A stretch of DNA of 47,942 bases from Thermogutta terrifontis (GTDB lineage: Bacteria; Planctomycetota; Planctomycetia; Pirellulales; Thermoguttaceae): the NCBI GenBank assembly GCA_040393745.1, contig JBEBTM010000001.1:1-47942 (forward strand), written 5' to 3'. The position numbers were made by a program, and so were the translations under genes. The notes under the pieces are model-generated. The model had not been told where the DNA came from. It did no database searches and saw only the letters and a program-made list of their open reading frames with translations. Below are positions 25,560 to 32,545 of the stretch, piece by piece (position 1 is the first letter of the stretch; each line of letters starts with the position of its first letter).

Positions 25560-26699
25560 ATGTCGGTATTGAAGAAAACGATCAAAACCTTGTCCCGGGT
25601 TTTCAAGAGAAAAGGACGTTCACTCCGGACGGTCTGCCGGGGGCTGCTGGGACTCGTTCTCGTCGGAGTGCTCGTCGGTTGCGTTTCCCGGACGGCCTTT
25701 TTCGATCCAAAACCGGCCGGAACCCCGGTCATTCGGGACGTCGGCAAAGAAGGTGCGAAATCCTCATTGCCCCACTATTACCTGGAACCGCCGGACATTA
25801 TCACGGTCGAAGCCGTCCACCTGGTTCCGCGTTCGCCTTATGTTTTGCGGGTGTTCGACGTCATCAACATCCACGTGACGGGGACGCCGGACGATGAACC
25901 GATCATCGGCAACTTTTCCATCGAGCCCGGCGGCACGATCCAACTCGGGCCCGGTTACGGTCCCGTGAAGATCGATGGTCTTTCTCTGGAGGAAGCCGAG
26001 CGGGCCATCCGAAGAAAGCTGGTTTGGAGTCCCGATAACGAAAGCGGTCGTCTCAGCGCGGAAACGACGACGGTTTCCACCCAACTCGTCCGCATGGGCG
26101 ATGTGCAGCAGATCGCCGACGAGCACTTGATCGGCCCCGACGGTTATATCACACTCGGCTCGTACGGCCGGGTTTACATCAACGGCCTGACCATTCCCGA
26201 ATGCCGGGAAGCGATTGAATTTCACCTGTCCAAAGCCTTGGAACACCCGCAGGTCGCCGTAGACGTGTATTCGTACAACAGCAAGGAATATTACGTCATT
26301 TTCCAATCGGCAGCGCTGGGCGAACAGGTTCTCACCTTCCCGTATACGGGCAACGAGACCGTTTTGAAAGCCATTGGAAACTGCAATGGCTTGACCCCGA
26401 ACGCTTCAAAACGCATCTGGGTCGCCCGACCCACGGGCAATACGCACAAGCCGGTCATCCTGCCGGTCGACTGGGTCGCCGTGACCGCCTATGCCATGCC
26501 GCAGACGAATTACCAGCTTTTGCCGGGCGACCGGGTTTTCGTCGTCGAAAGCCGCTGGGTGGCCGCCGATGGAATGCTTGCCCGCATGATCGCTCCACTG
26601 GAACGGATCATGGGCTTCACGATCCTCGGCACCACGACCGCGACCCGGCTTTACGGCAAAGTCCTCACCGGCGGTGGCGAGCGAGGAATGTATAACTGA
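25560..26699 (+). CDS. Polysaccharide export lipoprotein (Wza-like, Poly_export + SLBB)
   Basis: ATG at 25560 gives a lipobox LVGVLVGC. YYLEPPDIITVEAV...GNFSIEPGGTIQLGPGYGPVKIDGLSLEEAERAIRRKL is the Poly_export pattern. It is followed by SLBB-like YVIFQSA...VLKAIGNCNGLTPNASKRIWVARP. Confidence 0.75.
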   Translation: MSVLKKTIKTLSRVFKRKGRSLRTVCRGLLGLVLVGVLVGCVSRTAFFDPKPAGTPVIRDVGKEGAKSSLPHYYLEPPDIITVEAVHLVPRSPYVLRVFDVINIHVTGTPDDEPIIGNFSIEPGGTIQLGPGYGPVKIDGLSLEEAERAIRRKLVWSPDNESGRLSAETTTVSTQLVRMGDVQQIADEHLIGPDGYITLGSYGRVYINGLTIPECREAIEFHLSKALEHPQVAVDVYSYNSKEYYVIFQSAALGEQVLTFPYTGNETVLKAIGNCNGLTPNASKRIWVARPTGNTHKPVILPVDWVAVTAYAMPQTNYQLLPGDRVFVVESRWVAADGMLARMIAPLERIMGFTILGTTTATRLYGKVLTGGGERGMYN

Positions 26700-26701
26700 T
26701 C

Positions 26702-26741
26702 CCAAGAGTGCCCCCCAAGTTTCGCTTCGCTACACTTGGGG
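26702..26741. repeat. REP-like palindromic element, copy B (hairpin 26713..26741)
   Basis: CCAAGAG tgcc CCCCAAGT TTCGCTTCGCTAC ACTTGGGG has a perfect 8-bp stem and a 13-nt loop containing GCTTCGC. It begins 3 nt after the TGA of the Wza-like gene, and a T6 run lies at 26748..26753. Confidence 0.7.
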
Positions 26742-26837
26742 CGCGGCTTTTTTCATTGACCTTTACCGTTTTTCGAGTAGAATGGCGGTATGGATGTCGT
26801 ATCAGGAAGCTTTTCAAGCCAACCAACGAGGTGAGCC

Positions 26838-27269
26838 ATGTTGACCCGTTTTTCTTCGTCCGTTTGTCGTAACGCCTTGGTGTGCCTCCTGTTTTGCGCC
26901 GCATTCGTCACCGTTTCCGCATCGTCGGTTTCGGCCCAGACCCAGCCGCCGATCAGCCCATTGTTGTCGATGTTCAATTACAACCGGGGCGGTGCCCAGA
27001 GCAACTACCACGCATTCGTCGTTCCGCAGCAGAAGGCGATCCAGACATTTCAGGCCCAAGAGCGGCAGATTCAGTCGCAGGGCCGGCAAATCCAAGCCCA
27101 AAGTGCCCAGCAGCGTTCGCTCCAGGATGAAGTCGGTGGTGTTCTCAATGCTCCGCGTCAGGTGGGTAGCATCGGCGGCGCCAAGGGAGCGGGATATCGG
27201 CAGTACCTCCATTATTACCAAGGTCTACCTCAAGGCGGCGTACCGTCCTACGCCACGGGCCGTCGATGA
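26838..27269 (+). CDS. Small secreted Q-rich protein, unknown function
   Basis: 143 aa with GAGGTGA upstream of the ATG. The signal peptide is MLTRFSSSVCRNALVCLLFCAAFVTVSASSVSAQ. The central segment QKAIQTFQAQERQIQSQGRQIQAQSAQQRSLQ is Q-rich. Confidence 0.6.
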   Translation: MLTRFSSSVCRNALVCLLFCAAFVTVSASSVSAQTQPPISPLLSMFNYNRGGAQSNYHAFVVPQQKAIQTFQAQERQIQSQGRQIQAQSAQQRSLQDEVGGVLNAPRQVGSIGGAKGAGYRQYLHYYQGLPQGGVPSYATGRR

Positions 27270-27290
27270 GACGGCACTGGTGTAACGCAA

Positions 27291-27334
27291 CAAAAAAGGC
27301 GGCGCCGAAACGAAATGTTTCGACGCCGTTTTTT
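27291..27334 (+). terminator. Intrinsic terminator (A-tract, hairpin, T-tract; possibly bidirectional)
   Basis: CAAAAAAGGC GGCGCCGAAAC gaaat GTTTCGACGCC G TTTTTT forms an 11-bp stem with one C:A mismatch. It starts about 20 nt after the stop at 27269. Confidence 0.6.
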
Positions 27335-27364
27335 CGTGTCATTTGAAAAGTCCCAACGAGCCGG

Positions 27365-28624
27365 ATGCGCAGCGAAGCTTCCGGGGAAGCAACCATGGCA
27401 AGTCAAGAATTCAATCGCGAAAAAACGACGACTGATTGGACCCTGCGATGGCGGAGCAGCCGGGACGGGTCGGGCTGGTTTCTCGCTTTTTTCTTCGTCG
27501 CCTGGATTGTCGGCGGGATTCTCATCGCGCCGCAGGTGACGGACTCTTCGGAGATGCCGCCCTATCTCCCGGCGGTCGTGGCCGGCGTTTACGGGGCAAG
27601 CGTGCTCGCCATTGGAACATGGATGCTTTACGCCTTATTCGGACGAAAAACACTCCGGCTCGACGGCGACGGCTTTCGGCTCGAACACCGAATCTTATTC
27701 TGGAGCCGGTCGCTTCAAATCCCTCTACCGGAGCTCCGTTATTTCGAAGCCGTGTTTCCAACCGAGCCCGGCGATGACGACGGGGACGGTGAAGATCTGC
27801 TGGGAGTCCGGCTCGTTTCACTGGGGCCCGAGCGGCTCGTCCTGGACGGTCCCCGGGAAGAAATGCTCACGTTGCTGCCCGAAATGAATGCCGAACTGGC
27901 CGCCCTTAAACACGCGGCACATCTCCCGGTCGAAACGCCGCCGGAGCCGGTTTTTCCGGACGGAAACACAATTCTCGAGGGTGCCGAAAAAATCGAAACG
28001 GAAACGATCCCCCTGGATCGCCCTGCCCTGGACATTCCGCCGCCCAGCGCCGTTCGGTGGACGTGCCTGACAGAATTCGACCGGCTACAATTCCGTAACC
28101 GGGGCCGCTTCCAAGTGTTCGCCGTATTCATGTTCCTGGGCATCACAATTTTTTGGAACGGAATCGTCTCGGTCTTCCTCGCCGACCTGTTCGGTTTCAT
28201 GGGCGATGCACCCGAGGGAATCGGCTGGTGGGCGCTGTGTTTGTTCCTGATTCCTTTCGAAGTGGCCGGCGTGATTTTCACGGGCATGTTGCTGCTCGTT
28301 TCAGCGGAACCGTTCCGGGCGACGACGCTCGAATTTTCGCGTTGCGTTTATTCCCGGCGAACGACCTGGTTCGGCCTGGGTTGGACGCGTCGCCGCTCGT
28401 TGGCCGAATGGAGCGGTTTGGAACTCCGCTGCCACAAGAGCAAAAAGCACCGCTTGGAGCAGGCTCGGACGAACAACATGCCTTTCGACCGGATCGCCGA
28501 TTGGCGGATCGTTTTCCTGGACGCCCGGGGAGCCGAACTGGCCGAGATCGTCGAACTGACCGAAGGCGAAGCCCGCTGGATGGCCGACGTGCTGCTGCGG
28601 GAACAACGCATCGTCATTACCTGA
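27365..28624 (+). CDS. Membrane protein of unknown function with two modules (TM hairpin + beta-rich segment each), paralog 1
   Basis: 419 aa, or 409 aa from ATG 27395. Module 1 has TMs WFLAFFFVAWIVGGILI and LPAVVAGVYGASVLAIGTWMLYALF, then RKTLRLDGDGFRLEHRILFWSRSLQIPLPELRYFEAVF. Module 2 has FQVFAVFMFLGITIFWNGIVSVFLADLFGF and WWALCLFLIPFEVAGVIFTGMLLLV, then FRATTLEFSRCVY.... The tail is EARWMADVLLREQRI. Confidence 0.7.
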   Translation: MRSEASGEATMASQEFNREKTTTDWTLRWRSSRDGSGWFLAFFFVAWIVGGILIAPQVTDSSEMPPYLPAVVAGVYGASVLAIGTWMLYALFGRKTLRLDGDGFRLEHRILFWSRSLQIPLPELRYFEAVFPTEPGDDDGDGEDLLGVRLVSLGPERLVLDGPREEMLTLLPEMNAELAALKHAAHLPVETPPEPVFPDGNTILEGAEKIETETIPLDRPALDIPPPSAVRWTCLTEFDRLQFRNRGRFQVFAVFMFLGITIFWNGIVSVFLADLFGFMGDAPEGIGWWALCLFLIPFEVAGVIFTGMLLLVSAEPFRATTLEFSRCVYSRRTTWFGLGWTRRRSLAEWSGLELRCHKSKKHRLEQARTNNMPFDRIADWRIVFLDARGAELAEIVELTEGEARWMADVLLREQRIVIT

Positions 28625-28635
28625 AACAAAAAAAC

Positions 28636-29838
28636 ATGACGCAATCGACCCCTCCCATCGGCAAACCCTTCGAATACGAGCGCAACGAAAACAGTGTGGA
28701 ACTGCGATGGCATCTTTTCTCCCTCTTCGCGGTGCTCCTCCTGCCGATCTGGCTCGTTCCCTGGACCGGAGCCTGCGTCGCGATCACTTACACTGCGATC
28801 ATGAAGCCGAGTTTGGCGGCCCTGTTGTTCTCGATTCCCTTCTGGGGTTTCTGGATTTTCGTGATGCGGTTCTTTCTCGACATGCTGTTTGCCCGGTTTC
28901 GGCTTCAGATCGACACCCATGAACTTCGGGTCGATAAAAACTGTCTCATCTGGCATCGAGAGCATGTCGTCCCACTGAACGAGGTCCGGAAAATCGAGCA
29001 CCATATCACTCACGGCAGCAAAGGAGGCAACCATCATTGGCTCCGCGTCGCGCTCGTCGACCGGGACCCGCTGGATTTTTCCGTGCTTTCCGGCGTGCAT
29101 CTTGAGGCCGTCTGCCGGACGCTCAATCGGGATCTTCGGCAACTCCAAACAACAACGGAACCCGATGTCGCGATCGAACCGGAAAGCCGCACGCAAAACA
29201 ATTTCGAAACGATTATAATCAACCGCGGTGAAACCCGGACGAAAAACCTTGACCCGCCGAAAAACACATCCTGGCGGCTTCTCCATGACGACGACGGTTT
29301 CACATTCCGCTTCCGCCCGGTTTTCAAGCCTTTCGATCTACTTCTCACCGGTTTCATGGCGATGTTCTGGAACGGGATCACCTGGCTTTTCGTGCTGGCA
29401 TTGTTCGGCGTGATTCCGCTCAAAAACAAACCCGAAGGACTCCAATGGATCATTCCTTTGGTGGCCATGCCAATTTTCGTACCTATCGGTCTGGTGCTCC
29501 TTCTCGCGGCGATTGAGGCGTTTCTTGAAGCGTTTCGGGTGACGACCTGGCGGTTTTCGTTGGGACAGGTTGAATTCCAAACCCGGCGGCCCTTTTCCCG
29601 GCGAGAGGAAATTCATCCGCTTTCCGATTGGCAAACGATCCAAATTCGCCCTGTCACGGACACTGATGAACAAGAGGGCGACGAAGAAGAAGGCCCGGCG
29701 GACGAACCCGAACTCTGGCAACTCGCGATGCTCGATTCCCGGGGCGAAGAACTGGCGTACATCGACGACCTCAACAAATTCGAAGCCCGCTGGATGGCCG
29801 ACGTGCTGCTGCGTGAACAACGCATCATCGGTCGTTGA
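28636..29838 (+). CDS. Membrane protein of unknown function with two modules (TM hairpin + beta-rich segment each), paralog 2
   Basis: 400 aa from ATG 28636. The track's 561-aa ORF starts at 28153 but overlaps paralog 1 out of frame. The layout matches paralog 1, sharing FWNGI, LFG, PEG, FRxTTxxFS and the identical tail EARWMADVLLREQRI. An acidic insert (DEQEGDEEEGPADEPE) precedes the tail. Confidence 0.7.
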   Translation: MTQSTPPIGKPFEYERNENSVELRWHLFSLFAVLLLPIWLVPWTGACVAITYTAIMKPSLAALLFSIPFWGFWIFVMRFFLDMLFARFRLQIDTHELRVDKNCLIWHREHVVPLNEVRKIEHHITHGSKGGNHHWLRVALVDRDPLDFSVLSGVHLEAVCRTLNRDLRQLQTTTEPDVAIEPESRTQNNFETIIINRGETRTKNLDPPKNTSWRLLHDDDGFTFRFRPVFKPFDLLLTGFMAMFWNGITWLFVLALFGVIPLKNKPEGLQWIIPLVAMPIFVPIGLVLLLAAIEAFLEAFRVTTWRFSLGQVEFQTRRPFSRREEIHPLSDWQTIQIRPVTDTDEQEGDEEEGPADEPELWQLAMLDSRGEELAYIDDLNKFEARWMADVLLREQRIIGR

Positions 29839-29879
29839 GCAATTCACTACCGTTTCAAAAAAGCTCTTTGTTGAGAAAA

Positions 29880-31112
29880 ATGAAACATGACACCGTCCAC
29901 ACATTGATTGTCGGAGCCGGACCTGCGGGGATCGCGGCGGGAATTTTCGCTCTTCGCGCCGATCCCGAACGGCGAGTGCATATTCTCGAACGAAATTCAC
30001 AGCCCGGCCGAAAGTTCCTGCTTTCGGGGTCGGGCCAATGCAACGTCACCCATGGCGGTCCGATCGGCGATTTTTCGACGCATTACGGCGATGTGAAAAA
30101 AGCCCGATTCGTCCAGCCGGCCCTGACGGCTTTCGACAACGGGGCCGTGATGCAATTCTTCGAAGAACTCGGCGTCCCGCTTTGGGAGCGAGAAGACGGT
30201 AAAATCTTTCCCCGATCCTTGCGAAGCCGGGACTTGCTCAATGCGATGCTCCGGGACTTTTCACAACGTGGCGGACGGATCGAGACCGGGATTTCGGTCG
30301 GAAATGTTTTTCGCACGAAATTTGAATTTCGGATTGAAGGCGAAAGCGAACCGGACCGAACGAACGCGACCTGGTTTTCCGAAACACTTATCCTCGCGAC
30401 CGGCGGGGCTTCGTATCCCGCAACGGGTTCCCGGGGCGACGGCTTTCGCTTTGCCGAATCGCTGGGGCACCGGATCGTATCGCCCCGCCCTGCCCTGACG
30501 CCGATTTTCGTCCGGGACGCCGCCTTCTTGGATCTGGCCGGCATTTCCGTGCGACAAACGAAAATCGAATTGCAGCGGCGTCAAAAGCGGATTGCGACAA
30601 ACGTCGGTGACGTACTTTTCACGCATCACGGCCTTTCGGGTCCCGGCATTCTCGACCTGAGCCGAACCATCGAGCCCGGCGACACGATCCGTGTGGCCTT
30701 GACGCCGGATTCGGCACGGGTTCAAGAGTTGCTCACGGGTAAAAAGACGCTCCGCCATGCTTTGGAGCCGCTGGCCATTCCTGAGCGATTATTACTACGG
30801 CTTCTGGAGACGCTGGGAATTCGTCCGGAAACCCCGGCGAGCGAAGTCGTCCGGGAACAACGAAAACGGCTACAGGAATCGGTGGCCGGCCTTCCGTTCA
30901 TCGTTGAAAAACTCGGCGGCTGGAAAGAATCCATGGTCACCGCCGGCGGCGTGGCCTTGGACGAGGTGGACCGAAAAACGATGCGGTCGCGACGGGTGCC
31001 CGGACTGTCCTTGGCCGGTGAAATTTTGGATATCGACGGCGACACCGGCGGCTACAACATCCAGTTCGCCCTCTCCTCGGGCCGGATGGCGGGGGAGAAG
31101 GCGGGGAATTGA
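29880..31112 (+). CDS. NAD(P)/FAD-dependent oxidoreductase, HI0933/BaiN-like flavoprotein
   Basis: ATG at 29880 gives MKHDTVHTLIVGAGPAGIAAG (a GxGxxG motif). LSGSGQCNVTH and the C-terminal GEILDIDGDTGGYNIQFALSSG are typical of the HI0933-like family. Confidence 0.8.
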   Translation: MKHDTVHTLIVGAGPAGIAAGIFALRADPERRVHILERNSQPGRKFLLSGSGQCNVTHGGPIGDFSTHYGDVKKARFVQPALTAFDNGAVMQFFEELGVPLWEREDGKIFPRSLRSRDLLNAMLRDFSQRGGRIETGISVGNVFRTKFEFRIEGESEPDRTNATWFSETLILATGGASYPATGSRGDGFRFAESLGHRIVSPRPALTPIFVRDAAFLDLAGISVRQTKIELQRRQKRIATNVGDVLFTHHGLSGPGILDLSRTIEPGDTIRVALTPDSARVQELLTGKKTLRHALEPLAIPERLLLRLLETLGIRPETPASEVVREQRKRLQESVAGLPFIVEKLGGWKESMVTAGGVALDEVDRKTMRSRRVPGLSLAGEILDIDGDTGGYNIQFALSSGRMAGEKAGN

Positions 31113-31150
31113 CGACGAACAGTCGGAACGCGGCGGCGACACCATCGTGT

Positions 31151-32404
31151 TCAATTGTCGATTGTCGATGGCTCCACGACGTCCAAGTCGGATAGGATGC
31201 CGAGCGAATTCCAACGACCTTCCAGGAGGAAACGACCTTCGGCGTGGAGCGGGAGCGAACGGTAATCCAGCGGAACCCAGCTTTGGGGACTTCCCGGAAA
31301 AACGTCCAGTCGGCACAATGCCGTTTTTCGCACGAATTGACCGTCTTTCGGTTCGATGTCCTGTCCCGCGGCGATGACGCTCCGGCCGTCGCGGCTGAAA
31401 CGGAGGCTGCGCAACGAAAACCGTTGCCCGTCGTCCGGCGTGCCGTTCCAAATCGGCCGCCAAGTGCCCGTTTCGTAGAGTTCCACTCGGGCTCGAATGG
31501 CAAAATCCTCCCGATGTTCAAAGGGCTTCTGTTTTGTGCCGACGCTGTAAACCAGGACGTTTTTCGATTCCTGATTCCGGGCGATCACAAGCGACCGGCC
31601 ATCGGGCGAAAAGTCGAAGCCGATCGGGTTGGAAGCGGGGAACGAAGCCAGTTGGACGAAGCCGTGGGGTTCGAAAACACGAATTTCGTTCGGATACATC
31701 GCGGCGAAGAAACGGCCGTCGGGCGAAAAACGAATCAGCTCCAAGCCGGGATTCTTTTCCGTTGGGAACATCGCCACGGGGTTGCCTGTAACGAGATCCC
31801 AAATCTCGAACGCCTGACTTGATGCCAAAACGGCACACCGCCCATCGGGAGTGAAGGTCGCGGCGGTGGGCGTGTCTATGACGGGGAGCGTTAAAATCTG
31901 CCGACCGCTGGCCCGCTCGTAGAAAGCCAGGGTGCCCGGTCGACCCGGATGATACGCCAAAAAGGCCGAACCGTTCGGCGTGGCGGCGATCCAGGAGACC
32001 ATGAGTCGCTTGCCGTCGGGGTTTTCCAGTCGGACGGGCTTCGCTTCAGGATCGGTCAGGCTCCAAATCGTGGCCGCGTTCGGCTCTTTCGGATCCGGTT
32101 CGCGCCGGCCGCTGATGAGCCAGTGACCGTCGGTCGTGACGACATCCACGGTTTTTTTTGCGTCCCAATGGAACGGGCCGGGCCTCTTGATGAAATCGTA
32201 CCCCCCCCAGCCTTCGCTAAGCGGAACCTTGTTCCAAAGGTTTTCCTTGGGGGCGACCAGGGTCACGGGAGTACAGAAAGCGTCCTCCAGCGCCGGCGGT
32301 TTTTCCCAGGGAATTTCGTCCGGTGGCACCGGAACGGACCGGCAACCGCAAGATAAACCGGCTGTCAGGAGAATCGCAACGCAGATTTTCGGAAATGTCG
32401 ACAT
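31151..32404 (-). CDS. Lipoprotein with PD40/WD40-like beta-propeller repeats
   Basis: ATG at 32404 gives MSTFPKICVAILLTAGLSCGC with a lipobox, whereas the track uses TTG 32413. The F(S/T)PDGR-type blades recur as FTPDGRCAV, FSPDGRFFA, FSPDGRSLV and FSRDGRSVI. Confidence 0.7.
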   Translation of the reverse strand: MSTFPKICVAILLTAGLSCGCRSVPVPPDEIPWEKPPALEDAFCTPVTLVAPKENLWNKVPLSEGWGGYDFIKRPGPFHWDAKKTVDVVTTDGHWLISGRREPDPKEPNAATIWSLTDPEAKPVRLENPDGKRLMVSWIAATPNGSAFLAYHPGRPGTLAFYERASGRQILTLPVIDTPTAATFTPDGRCAVLASSQAFEIWDLVTGNPVAMFPTEKNPGLELIRFSPDGRFFAAMYPNEIRVFEPHGFVQLASFPASNPIGFDFSPDGRSLVIARNQESKNVLVYSVGTKQKPFEHREDFAIRARVELYETGTWRPIWNGTPDDGQRFSLRSLRFSRDGRSVIAAGQDIEPKDGQFVRKTALCRLDVFPGSPQSWVPLDYRSLPLHAEGRFLLEGRWNSLGILSDLDVVEPSTIDN

Positions 32405-32475
32405 GGCACTCAAACGGGCAAAAGGGGAGATCTTTTGTCCGGATGGTACGAATTTCCGAAACGGGTGTCAAGCCG

Positions 32476-32513
32476 AAAAAAAGAACCCGTTCAGACTTCG
32501 GCTAAACGGGTTC
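32476..32513 (-). terminator. Intrinsic terminator of the PFOR gene
   Basis: The minus-strand RNA reads GAACCCGUU-(13 nt loop)-AACGGGUUC followed by UUUUUUU. The 9-bp stem is perfect and starts about 33 nt after the stop at 32546. Confidence 0.65.
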
Positions 32514-32545
32514 AAGACCGGAGTACCGGCTAAGGTTTCAAGGGA

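Noticed and set aside
28153-28635. 5' extension of the 561-aa track ORF (28153..29838) over the end of paralog 1
   Set aside because: The extension overlaps 27365..28624 out of frame and translates to Arg/Pro/Gly-rich sequence. ATG 28636, 11 nt after the upstream stop, gives a protein colinear with paralog 1.
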